Source: an uncultured delta proteobacterium (GTDB lineage: Bacteria; Myxococcota_A; Polyangia; Polyangiales; Polyangiaceae). Taken from it: a DNA stretch of 64,000 bases. Below, in pieces: positions 1 through 9,765 of the stretch. Position 1 is the first letter of the stretch. Each line of letters opens with the position of its first letter. The DNA is taken from the NCBI GenBank assembly GCA_963696385.1, contig CAVOKF010000003.1, positions 160,001 to 224,000 on the forward strand. Reading direction: 5' to 3'. The position numbers and the translations under genes are program-made. The notes beneath the pieces are model-generated. The model saw only the letters and a list, made by a program, of their open reading frames with translations. It ran no database searches and had not been told where the DNA came from.

Positions 1-1073
<1,073 letters not shown>

Positions 1074-1115
1074 AGCGCGCGACCGCCGGCCAGGCCAACG
1101 CCATCGGAGAGGGCC

Positions 1116-1796
1116 ATGATCGACCTTTACACCGCACCTACGCCGAACGGCTTCAAGGTCTCCATCGCGCTCGAGGAGCTCGGGCTGCCGTACCGGGTCC
1201 AGCCCGTCGATCTGCGACGGGGCGAGCAGTTCGCTCCGGATTTTCTACGGATCAGTCCGAACAACAAAATCCCCGCCATCGTCGACCGAGAGGCGCAGGA
1301 CCTTGCTGTGTTCGAGTCCGGCGCCATTCTCGTGTACCTGGCCGAGAAGACCCGACGGCTCCTGCCCGCGGCGGGGCCGGAACGATATGCGGCGCTTCAA
1401 TGGCTGTTTTTCCAGGTCGGCGGCACCGGTCCCATGCTGGGACAAGCTCACCATTTTCGGACCTATGCACCGGAGAAGATTCCTTACGCCGTCGAACGGT
1501 ATACGAACGAGGCGAAGCGCCTGTTCGCGGTGCTCGATCGGCGACTCGGGTCGGCGCGCTACCTGGCTGGCGACAACTACACGATCGCGGACATCGCGAA
1601 CGTGCCGTGGCTGACCGGCTACGCACGGCTCGAAATCGACCTCGCCCAGTTCCCGAATCTCGCCCGCTGGCTCGATGAGCTCAACGGGCGCTCGGCGGTG
1701 AAACGCGGCTTCGCGGTCCCGCCGAGCAGCGACGCCCCCCTCGACGCCAGGGCGCGCGAGGCGCTTTTCGGAAAGCAGCAGTACGAGCGCAGATAA
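1116..1796 (+). CDS. Glutathione S-transferase, YfcG/YghU-like
   Basis: TPNGFKV, SPNNKIPAI, FESGAILVYLAEK, YTIADIA motifs; GAGGG RBS. Confidence 0.92.
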   Translation: MIDLYTAPTPNGFKVSIALEELGLPYRVQPVDLRRGEQFAPDFLRISPNNKIPAIVDREAQDLAVFESGAILVYLAEKTRRLLPAAGPERYAALQWLFFQVGGTGPMLGQAHHFRTYAPEKIPYAVERYTNEAKRLFAVLDRRLGSARYLAGDNYTIADIANVPWLTGYARLEIDLAQFPNLARWLDELNGRSAVKRGFAVPPSSDAPLDARAREALFGKQQYERR

Positions 1797-1842
1797 CAGT
1801 CGGGCGATCGCCGGCGTCGTGACTCGGACAGCCGAGGCAGGC

Positions 1843-2020
1843 TGGTCCCCTGGAAAAAGGGGACTTCTTTGAGAAGAGCGAGTCCAGGGGACTCGCGAAG
1901 TCGCGGGAGCGCCTTCGGGGGTTTGGGCGGCGCCCAAGGAAAAAGTCAGTCCCCCGGAGGACGCCGAAGGCGTCGGCGAAGCACAGAAGTTCCGCCAGGA
2001 ACTTCTCTTCCGGGGGACTA
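1843..2020. repeat. MITE-like intergenic element with imperfect terminal inverted repeats and internal hairpins
   Basis: TGGTCCCCTGGAAAAAG (1843-1859) versus CTCTTCCGGGGGACTA (2005-2020); hairpins GACGCC-GAA-GGCGTC and AGAAGTTCC-GCCA-GGAACTTCT; core GCGGGAGCG..GGGGGT..GGGCGG.GCCC shared with other intergenic copies. Confidence 0.6.
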
Positions 2021-3253
2021 AAACGTAGCTTCCAGGCCGGCGGTCACGATGTAGGCGCGCGCATCCGAAATGGGCGTTCCGCCGAGTGTGTATTGCTCGT
2101 ACGTGAAACCCGTCACGCTACCGGATGCTTCGAGCTTCAGCGTCTCGATCAGACCGAGGAGCCGTCTGCCTTCGGGTGCAATCGTCGAGACGATCCGTGC
2201 TCCTCCGAGCCAACTCCAAAACGGCGAGAGCTCGCGATCTCCCGTCCAGTATTGTCCACGCGGACCCAGAGGCGGAGCGCCTCCCGTATAGTCGTCGCTC
2301 CAGAACACCGCCCCGGTCTGATCGTACAGTCGTCCGCGCGCCATGAGTCGAAGCGACTCGCCCAGCGACCTTTCGAACTCGACCTCGAGAGTTCCGCTCC
2401 TGATCGCCCACGTGTCGGAGTATCCGCGAACCGAAACGCGCAGGGCGCTCCGCAGGGCACGAAGATACCAGGCGATGCGAGCCGTGGCCGCTTGACGAGC
2501 TCTCTCGGCCGGAACGTGCTCTTGGGCCTTGACTTCACCGAGAACGACGCTCCGATACGGATCGCTTTGAAAGCCGTTGACGAGCTGCGCCGTGTACGTG
2601 AGCTGCGTCTCCAACTGCGGAGTCCAGGACTGCGCCCAGCTCGCTTCGAACGTGTCTATTCCGATAGGCTCGGTGGTCCTCGTCGGATTGTTCGTAAAGC
2701 AACCCGTCGACGTGTCGAGCGCCACCCACAGTGTGGGATCCGACTCCCCCTGAACCCGGTCGCAAACGCTGTCGAAGTTGCGTGCATACGACAGCGAAAA
2801 CTGAGTGTTGTGCTGGAACGCATCATCGCGGGCGTTCACGTGAAAAGAGTGCGACCGATAATCGTGCTCCTCCGAGTAGCCGTAACCTGCGGTCATGGCC
2901 GTGGCCGCCCCCTTTAGAGTGAACTCTCCGCGCGCGAGGTTCCGGAAATCGTGCACGCTCGCGGTGCTCACGACGTCTGCGGGATGATTCGCGTGATAGG
3001 CGGGTCCGAACTTCGTCGCCACGCTCGCCCCCGAGACGACGTCGGCTTCCCATCCGCCGCGAACGTCAATCCACGACGAGGGAGAGGCTTGTGCGTCAAC
3101 CGTAGGTGAATACACGAACATGTGCGTTCGCGTCGGCGCTTCATAATAGATGGAGTGCGAAGTGTCGATCTCGGCCACTTGAGCTTTCGCTTGCCCCGCC
3201 AGAGCGAAAGCTGCGGATACCGCCATGGTCGCAACGAAAGGTGCCGGATTCAC
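2018..3253 (-). CDS. DUF3570-family putative outer-membrane beta-barrel protein
   Basis: ADVVSGAS and ADVVSTAS motifs, YSEEHDYRS, GFQSDPYR, GDRELSPF, C-terminal Phe; signal peptide; GTG start with GGAG (alternative ATG at 3226). Confidence 0.78.
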   Translation of the reverse strand: MNPAPFVATMAVSAAFALAGQAKAQVAEIDTSHSIYYEAPTRTHMFVYSPTVDAQASPSSWIDVRGGWEADVVSGASVATKFGPAYHANHPADVVSTASVHDFRNLARGEFTLKGAATAMTAGYGYSEEHDYRSHSFHVNARDDAFQHNTQFSLSYARNFDSVCDRVQGESDPTLWVALDTSTGCFTNNPTRTTEPIGIDTFEASWAQSWTPQLETQLTYTAQLVNGFQSDPYRSVVLGEVKAQEHVPAERARQAATARIAWYLRALRSALRVSVRGYSDTWAIRSGTLEVEFERSLGESLRLMARGRLYDQTGAVFWSDDYTGGAPPLGPRGQYWTGDRELSPFWSWLGGARIVSTIAPEGRRLLGLIETLKLEASGSVTGFTYEQYTLGGTPISDARAYIVTAGLEATF

Positions 3254-3284
3254 GCCCGCTCCACCGCACGCAGGCGCGCTCGGG

Positions 3285-3477
3285 TTAGTAGTCCACCCCG
3301 CCACTCGCGCGAACCAAGAAGTGCGACGGTTCTTGGGGGGTGGGACACTCGCAAAGCGCGGGAGCGGTTTGGGAGGTACGGGACGGAGCCCTGGAAAGAC
3401 AAGGCTCGTGGTCTATTTTCGCTGCGCAGCAGCGTGCCCGCGGATGGATCCGGGGGGCTTACGAAACGGACCCCTAG
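3285..3477. repeat. Dispersed MITE-like repeat copy
   Basis: Colinear similarity with 11873-12045; right end CTTACGAAACGGACCCCTAG is the reverse complement of 26677-26696 at 19/20 positions. Confidence 0.7.
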
Positions 3478-3692
3478 TTGCACCCGCATCCTCCGCCCGA
3501 AACGCCCGTTCCCCCCATCGATCCTTCTCGGTTGTCCAGGGCATGCCGGAGCGCTGCGTCGTGCTTCGCCTCGGCGTCGAACTGCATCGTCGGATCGGCC
3601 AACATCGCTCGCTGTTCCGGCGCAACCGTCGCGCAGCCGACGACCACGATCGCGACGCAGAACGTGAGGATCAGAAGGAAAAACCGGGGCAT
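3474..3692 (-). CDS. DUF4266-family small lipoprotein
   Basis: Lipobox VVGC, LADPTM, REGSMGG and terminal GGGCGCN. Confidence 0.88.
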   Translation of the reverse strand: MPRFFLLILTFCVAIVVVGCATVAPEQRAMLADPTMQFDAEAKHDAALRHALDNREGSMGGTGVSGGGCGCN

Positions 3693-3701
3693 CGCGACTC
3701 T

Positions 3702-4508
3702 TCAGAAGTAGACGCCCAAACCGCCGGAATAGGTCTGTCCGTTTTTGTAGGAGTCGGCCGAGAATACGGACAGATCGGTCGCTTCGAGCCGCACCAGGAT
3801 ACGATTGCGCAGCGCGAAAAGAAGCCCGCCTCCCGCACGCGCGACATACAGGTCCTCGCGGCGCAAAACGAATGAGTCCGCATTCGGCAGCACGCTCATC
3901 CCTCCCGCGAAGATGCCCAGGAACGGACACACGGGCCACGAAGGGGCCAGATAGATGGCCAGACCGCCGCCGTAGAGGAGCTCGGATCCGTCATTCGTCA
4001 AGCCGTCGCCGACAAATCCTTCCAAGCTGACCGTCTCGTGCAGTACGAGTGAAACTCTCGCCTCGACGTACCCGAAGCGCTGCACGGCCCCACCGACGAC
4101 GGGGATGCTCAGCAAGCCACCGAGCATCGCCACGCCTCCATGCGACCCTCGGAGCGGGGGCGGGGCGAACACCCCCGGTCGCGAGGGGCCCCCCTCATCG
4201 GCCGGGCTGACCCCAAAGGGCTGCACCTCATCGCCAAGCACAAACGCTACCCGCCCGTCCGACAGAATGACGCGAAGCCAAAAGCCCGCCCCCGTGCGCC
4301 CGTCGAGCGCGAACGTCTCTCCGCGATGCGCCTGGTAAATCACGCGGTAGCTGATTCCAGGCCCCGTCCGGAGCTCGGCGGCGTCGACAATCACGCGCGC
4401 GAACGCGTTGACTTCTGGATCGTCGGAGTGAGGGCCCGACGCCGCGACCGGAGCGGCCATGCAGACCCACCCGACGACAGGCCCGAGCACGTGAGCGGCC
4501 CCCTTCAT
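3702..4508 (-). CDS. SH3b-domain protein with a C-terminal outer-membrane beta-barrel-like region
   Basis: LRTGPGISYRVI SH3 motif; amphipathic strands ending GGLGVYF; ATGA overlap with the upstream gene. Confidence 0.75.
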   Translation of the reverse strand: MKGAAHVLGPVVGWVCMAAPVAASGPHSDDPEVNAFARVIVDAAELRTGPGISYRVIYQAHRGETFALDGRTGAGFWLRVILSDGRVAFVLGDEVQPFGVSPADEGGPSRPGVFAPPPLRGSHGGVAMLGGLLSIPVVGGAVQRFGYVEARVSLVLHETVSLEGFVGDGLTNDGSELLYGGGLAIYLAPSWPVCPFLGIFAGGMSVLPNADSFVLRREDLYVARAGGGLLFALRNRILVRLEATDLSVFSADSYKNGQTYSGGLGVYF

Positions 4509-4975
4509 TGGGCCCAAGTGCTCAGAAGCGTGACGACCGTCGGGTCTTGAGGGTTGATTACGGTCACGTGACCGTTTCCGCTCGGCCGAACGAGGAGGGG
4601 CGCGACCGTGTAGTCGCGGCTCATCTCGGAGGACACAGCCACATAATTGCTTTGGGGTGGGCTGCCGGTCCCGATCTGCGTCAGGTCGACAGGATGATCC
4701 CCGCCGTCGCAATCAACGGCTGCATGGTCGATGAGGCCCATGCCGCTGACGGCAGCGGGATTGAAGTGACAGCTGTTCGGCGGATACTTCGAATCGCCGG
4801 GCCCACAATTGTTCGCGAAAATGTACTGCGGCTCGACGTGACAGTAAAAGTAGTCGGCATCGAATGTCACGTCGGCGACGACGAAGTTGGTCCCCGGATC
4901 GACCGTCGTGCACCCGACCAGAAGCGCGGACCACGCGCACGGGCCGGCGCGCCAAATCGTCGCCCCAAAGGCCAT
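4505..4975 (-). CDS. Hypothetical Cys/His-containing lipoprotein
   Basis: Lipobox LLVGC; CX11CH motif; translationally coupled to the downstream gene. Confidence 0.72.
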   Translation of the reverse strand: MAFGATIWRAGPCAWSALLVGCTTVDPGTNFVVADVTFDADYFYCHVEPQYIFANNCGPGDSKYPPNSCHFNPAAVSGMGLIDHAAVDCDGGDHPVDLTQIGTGSPPQSNYVAVSSEMSRDYTVAPLLVRPSGNGHVTVINPQDPTVVTLLSTWAQ

Positions 4976-5287
4976 TTTCAGACGATAGACCGGTGAGCTC
5001 AACGGCTGCAACGATTCCGCGCGATCTCACCAAGCATCCACACGAACCGTTCGCGGCTTGGAACGGGTCGCCGAAAGAGTGACCTTGTCCTCTGCTCGCC
5101 TGAATGGACGGGGTGCGCCTAGGTACCCCTCGCGACAAAGCCCTTTCGCCACCGGTCGGTTTCGCTTGCCCCACCGGCGGCTCATCAGTAGAAGTTTGGA
5201 TTCCCGCAGTTGGATGTCGTAACGTAACCCACATGTAAGGCGCTAACGCCCGCAACCCCGTCGACGTCCTCGCGGAGATCCTCACGC

Positions 5288-5479
5288 ATGAAGCTGACGC
5301 CCTGGTATCTCATTGCCATTACCCCTATCGCCGTCGCTGGGTGCTCCGGCGCCTTCCTCGGGCATTGCGCGGTGTTGGCCGTTACCGTTTGCATCTTCGT
5401 CGGTACGCTGTCTCTCGGCCGCCATTCGGCATCGACCCCTCTGGCTGGCGAGCCGGGAGACTTGCGCGAGACGCGCTGA
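5288..5479 (+). CDS. Small hydrophobic hypothetical protein (63 aa)
   Basis: GGAG upstream of ATG; signal or lipobox-like VAGC followed by a hydrophobic helix. Confidence 0.5.
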   Translation: MKLTPWYLIAITPIAVAGCSGAFLGHCAVLAVTVCIFVGTLSLGRHSASTPLAGEPGDLRETR

Positions 5480-5489
5480 ACCAAGGGTC

Positions 5490-5516
5490 CGTCAGGGGGG
5501 CGCAGCGCCCCTGACG
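5490..5516. repeat. GC-rich hairpin (REP-like or terminator-like)
   Basis: CGTCAGGGG ... CCCCTGACG 9-bp stem just after the stop at 5479; no U-tract. Confidence 0.45.
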
Positions 5517-5598
5517 CGCCTGCCCCATGCCTCGTCCTTGCGATAGGGGCACCCGGCGAGTTTGAGCTAAGGTCCAACGCCCCCCATTCGGGGCCTCC

Positions 5599-6708
5599 AT
5601 GAACGACGCTGATCGCGAGCCGGGAGAGCGGCTGAAACCGCTCGATGAGTTCACGCTCGCCGATCTGGAGGCGATCCGACTCATCCTGCGCGGCGACTCG
5701 GTCATCGATTGGCGCCGTCTGGACCTCACGACCGAAGAACACGTGCGGGAATTTCTGCATGCTCAGGAGCTGCATCCGGACGAGCCCGCTGACCGGGCGC
5801 GCATGGATCACGTCAAGAGCGAAGCGATCGGATACTTGCGCCGCCAGTTCGATTACCCGATCCCCAGGCCGGTCGAGCAAGCGACGGTGTCCGAGCTCCT
5901 ACTTCTCGCGGCCGGCCGTGGCCACCGTGCGATGTGCGCATGCACGATTCTGAAATGCATGCACATCATTCACCATCTCGACGGCCGCGAGCTGCTGTTC
6001 GTTCTGCCGATGTCGGATCACGACGTGTTCCACATCGTCGAGGAGAAGGTCTACCGAGTCATCGGTGCGATGCTCGCCGGAGGCTTTCCGATCATCGAAT
6101 TCGTCGGAGGACGCAAGAACAAAGACTCGCTGATGACGAAGCTCCTTTCGAAGCAGGACACCATCGCCGCACAAGTCTTCGACAAGCTGCGGTTTCGTGT
6201 CGTTACGCGAACGCGTGACGATATTTTTCCAGTCCTTCAATACCTGACCAAGAAGCTGTTCCCGTTCAATTACGTCGTCCCCGGCCAGAGCATCAACTCG
6301 ATCTTCGGCTTCAAGTCCTACGTGGACAAGACGACTCTGAAACCGCTTCTCGATCAGATGCAAGTGTGCGGATGGAACGACAACGAATTCACGCCCAGCG
6401 ACAACCAGTTCTCCGCGGAATCCTACAGGATTATTCATTTCGTCGTGGATATGCCGGTGCGATTGCCGAGGCGAATCCTCGACCGCGCACCCTCCAGTGC
6501 GGGAACTCTCGGCAACGTGATTTTCGTTATCTGCGAGTTCCAGATCGTCGACCGCGACAGCGAAGCCCACAACGAGATTGGTGATGCGTCGCACGCCAAG
6601 TACAAAGAACGGCAAAAGAAGGCCGTCATGCGTCGACTTCAGCTCGGCGGGGCCGGCGACGCACCTGCAGGCGCGGAGCCGTCGCAAGACGTGCGCAGAA
6701 AGAGGTAA
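5599..6708 (+). CDS. TIGR04552-type protein with RelA/SpoT synthetase-like motifs
   Basis: LRGDSVIDW N-terminus; GRKNKDSLMTKL, FDKLRFRVV, SYRIIHFVV, EFQIVD, EIGDASHAKYKE. Confidence 0.8.
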   Translation: MNDADREPGERLKPLDEFTLADLEAIRLILRGDSVIDWRRLDLTTEEHVREFLHAQELHPDEPADRARMDHVKSEAIGYLRRQFDYPIPRPVEQATVSELLLLAAGRGHRAMCACTILKCMHIIHHLDGRELLFVLPMSDHDVFHIVEEKVYRVIGAMLAGGFPIIEFVGGRKNKDSLMTKLLSKQDTIAAQVFDKLRFRVVTRTRDDIFPVLQYLTKKLFPFNYVVPGQSINSIFGFKSYVDKTTLKPLLDQMQVCGWNDNEFTPSDNQFSAESYRIIHFVVDMPVRLPRRILDRAPSSAGTLGNVIFVICEFQIVDRDSEAHNEIGDASHAKYKERQKKAVMRRLQLGGAGDAPAGAEPSQDVRRKR

Positions 6709-6729
6709 CGGAGTAGAAAGGCCGCTGCC

Positions 6730-7239
6730 ATGCGTCTGTACAGCGGAAAAATTCCTGCGGTCTCGGCCGAAATCGTTCGCGCGCTGCTCACTTCGAACGA
6801 CATCGAAGCGGAGAGCCCCAAACAGGTGGAAGCGGACGTGGCGGCCGTCCTCACGCAATACCTTTCCGACGAACGCGAGGTGAACGACCGCGCCAAGGAC
6901 GTCCTCGAACGAACGGGCAAGCCAAATACCGAATTCTCGAGGGTGCGGCAGCTCGTTGCGGAAGAGAAGGGCATCAAGGTGGGCGACGATGCGTTGGATT
7001 ATTTGCTCGACCAGGTCGTCGAGATGTTGATGCACTCAAACCATGTCGACGAGGTGTATGTCGAAGACGTCGAGCTTCGGCGAAAGATGGCGCCCATCTT
7101 CAAGAAGCACATGGCCGTCGATGCAACGGTCGACGCCGAAGTACGAGCGCAGATCCGGAACGTTCGCGAGGGAACGCGCGAATGGGAGATTGAGTTCGCG
7201 AAGGTCCTCGAGCAGGTGAAGCGCAAGAAGGGTCTCTGA
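6730..7239 (+). CDS. DUF507-family protein
   Basis: MRLY N-terminus, helical acidic/basic composition, REGTREWEI..KRKKGL C-terminus. Confidence 0.75.
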   Translation: MRLYSGKIPAVSAEIVRALLTSNDIEAESPKQVEADVAAVLTQYLSDEREVNDRAKDVLERTGKPNTEFSRVRQLVAEEKGIKVGDDALDYLLDQVVEMLMHSNHVDEVYVEDVELRRKMAPIFKKHMAVDATVDAEVRAQIRNVREGTREWEIEFAKVLEQVKRKKGL

Positions 7240-7352
7240 GGCGCGCCGTCGTGGCGGCCGGCGTTGGACGGCCCTCACGGCGGGTTTCGGGCCTGGCGGT
7301 GTTCGCGCTCTGTCTGGAGGCCGATGCGAAATCGTCGTAGCGTGGGAAATCC

Positions 7353-8225
7353 ATGCGCAGCATGACCGGATTCGGGCTGGGGCAGACGCCGCTGGGCGCA
7401 GGCACGCTCGGGGTCGAGATCCGCGGAGTCAACCACCGATTTCTCGACGTCCGGGTGCGAGTGCCGCGGGAGTCGACGGACATGACGGGATTTGTAGAGC
7501 AACTGGCCCGCGAGCGACTGACTCGAGGTCGTTACGAGGTCGTGCTTCGGATCGACGGCGTCGCGCTCGGCGCTCCGGCACTCGACCGCGACCGGGCACG
7601 AGCCGCCTTCCGTGCCCTCTCCGAGCTGCGCGACGAGTTGGCGCCGGGCAGTGAGGTCCCGCTCTCGCTGCTCGCCGTCATTCCAGACTTATTTGCGCCG
7701 CCGGTCGACCCCGAGACGGATCGAATTCGGGACGCTACCCGCTTTGCCTTCGACGCGGCTGTCCGCGCACTCGACGCCATGCGCGAGTGCGAGGGGACGG
7801 CCTTGCGAGACGATCTCACGCGACGGCTCGAACGTGTGAAGCGCATCGCGCGCGAGATCCATCGGCGCTCGCCCGACGTCCTCGAGGCGCACCGAAGGCG
7901 CCTGTCCGATCGTGCGGAGCGGCTTCGAGCCGGTGGAGAGATCGACGTGGACGCCGGACGCCTCGAGCAGGAAATCGCCGTATTCGCCGAGCGTTGCGAC
8001 ATCACCGAGGAGCTCACGCGTCTCGAGAGTCACTGCGGTCAATTCGCCGCGCTTCTCGGCGCCGAAGAAGCCGTAGGACGCCGCCTCGACTTTCTCCTGC
8101 AAGAGATGGCACGCGAGGCCAACACGGTTGGCGCAAAGAGCCCGGACGCGCCCGTCGCACACGCCGTGGTCGAGTTGAAGGCGGAAATCGAACGGATGCG
8201 CGAGCAAGTGCAAAACGTCGAATGA
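7353..8225 (+). CDS. yicC: YicC/YloC-family endoribonuclease
   Basis: MRSMTGFG, VNHRFLD, DITEELTRL, GRRLDFLLQEMAREANT, REQVQNVE. Confidence 0.95.
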   Translation: MRSMTGFGLGQTPLGAGTLGVEIRGVNHRFLDVRVRVPRESTDMTGFVEQLARERLTRGRYEVVLRIDGVALGAPALDRDRARAAFRALSELRDELAPGSEVPLSLLAVIPDLFAPPVDPETDRIRDATRFAFDAAVRALDAMRECEGTALRDDLTRRLERVKRIAREIHRRSPDVLEAHRRRLSDRAERLRAGGEIDVDAGRLEQEIAVFAERCDITEELTRLESHCGQFAALLGAEEAVGRRLDFLLQEMAREANTVGAKSPDAPVAHAVVELKAEIERMREQVQNVE

Positions 8226-8854
8226 ATTCCAAGGACGACTTTCTCCTCCTGATCCTTTCGTCGCCCAGCGGTGCGGGCAAGACGACGCTCACACGACGGC
8301 TTCTCGGGTACTGCCCGGAATTGCTCTTCAGCGTAAGTCACACGACGCGACCCGCTCGTGCCAACGAGGTGAATGGACGCGACTACCATTTCGTCGATCG
8401 GGCAACGTTTCTGGACTTGGCCGCGAAGGGGGCGTTTCTCGAGTGGGCCGAGGTGCATGGCAATCTTTACGGTACCTCGACCGCGGAAATCGACCGCGCG
8501 CGAGCCGTCCACGGCTGCAACGGAATGCTCTTCGATATCGACTACCAAGGGGCCCGGCAGATCAAATCGAAAGTGACTGACGTCGTGGCAGCCTTCATCT
8601 TGCCGCCGTCGATGATGGAGCTCGAACGACGCCTCCGCGGGCGGGCCAGCGAAACGGAAGAGACTCTCAAACGTCGATTCGAAGTTGCCAAGCGCGAGAT
8701 TGAGCACTACGGTCTGTTCGATTATCTGGTGGTCAACGACGATCTGGACCGGGCCGTCGACGAGCTGCGCTCGATCGTCGTCGCCGAGCGAGCGCTTCGA
8801 CCGCGGCGCGCGCATCTAGCCGAATCCCTTCTGCGAACGGGCAGGCTGGTGTAA
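8222..8854 (+). CDS. gmk: Guanylate kinase
   Basis: SPSGAGKTT P-loop, SVSHTTR, GRDYHFV, EWAEVHGNLYGT; ATGA overlap with yicC. Confidence 0.96.
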   Translation: MNSKDDFLLLILSSPSGAGKTTLTRRLLGYCPELLFSVSHTTRPARANEVNGRDYHFVDRATFLDLAAKGAFLEWAEVHGNLYGTSTAEIDRARAVHGCNGMLFDIDYQGARQIKSKVTDVVAAFILPPSMMELERRLRGRASETEETLKRRFEVAKREIEHYGLFDYLVVNDDLDRAVDELRSIVVAERALRPRRAHLAESLLRTGRLV

Positions 8855-8884
8855 GCGATGGACGTCGGGAACCGGAGCCGAATC

Positions 8885-9748
8885 ATGTCCAGACGAAACA
8901 CGTTGGCCGTCATCGGCGGGAGCGGATTGTATCGAATCGAGGGCCTCGAAGAGGTCGAGGAGGTCGACGTCGACACGCCGTTCGGTCCCCCGAGCGATGT
9001 CGTTGTTCGGGGTCGGCTCGGCGACACCACGTTTCTGTTTTTGCCCCGGCATGGGCGGGGCCACAGCATCGCGCCACACGTCATCGACTATCGCGCCAAC
9101 GTGTGCGCCTTAAAGAAGCTCGGGGCCACTCATCTATTGAGCGTGAGCGCCGTCGGCTCGATGCGCGAGGACATTGCTCCCGGTGACTTCGTGGTCGTCG
9201 ACCAGTTCATCGACCTCACGAAAAGGCGCGTCGCGACATTCTTCGAAGACGGCGTCGTCGCGCACGTCGGGTTCGCCGATCCGGTCTGCGCGGACTTGGC
9301 CGGCGCGCTCGCGCGCGCCGCGGAAGGGGTGGGTGTCCGAGTCCATCGCGGCGGAACGTATATCTGCATCGATGGACCTCAGTTCTCGACGAGAGCCGAA
9401 AGCCGCCTCTACCGGTCGTGGGGAGTGTCGGTGATCGGAATGACGGCCATGCCGGAGGCCAAACTCGCGCGCGAAGCGGAACTCCCCTACGCGCTTTTGG
9501 CGCTCGCTACGGACTACGACTGTTGGCACGAGAGCGAGGCTGACGTGACCGTCGATTCGGTCCTTGCCGTGATGGATCGCAACGTGTCTTCCGCGCGGCG
9601 CGCCGTCGCCGAACTTTCGCTCCGGCTTCCGGACCCGGAAAAGAGCTCGGCGTCGGGGGCGCTGCGCCTGGGGTTGATGACCGATCGCCAGAGCATTTCC
9701 GCCGCCGCGCACGCACGGCTCGACTGGCTCGTAGCCAAGTACTTGTAA
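8885..9748 (+). CDS. mtnP: S-methyl-5'-thioadenosine phosphorylase
   Basis: IGGSGLY, TPFGPPS, LPRHGRGH, GPQFSTRAES, VIGMT, TDYDCW. Confidence 0.94.
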   Translation: MSRRNTLAVIGGSGLYRIEGLEEVEEVDVDTPFGPPSDVVVRGRLGDTTFLFLPRHGRGHSIAPHVIDYRANVCALKKLGATHLLSVSAVGSMREDIAPGDFVVVDQFIDLTKRRVATFFEDGVVAHVGFADPVCADLAGALARAAEGVGVRVHRGGTYICIDGPQFSTRAESRLYRSWGVSVIGMTAMPEAKLAREAELPYALLALATDYDCWHESEADVTVDSVLAVMDRNVSSARRAVAELSLRLPDPEKSSASGALRLGLMTDRQSISAAAHARLDWLVAKYL

Positions 9749-9765
9749 ACCTCAGGGAGATTGTC

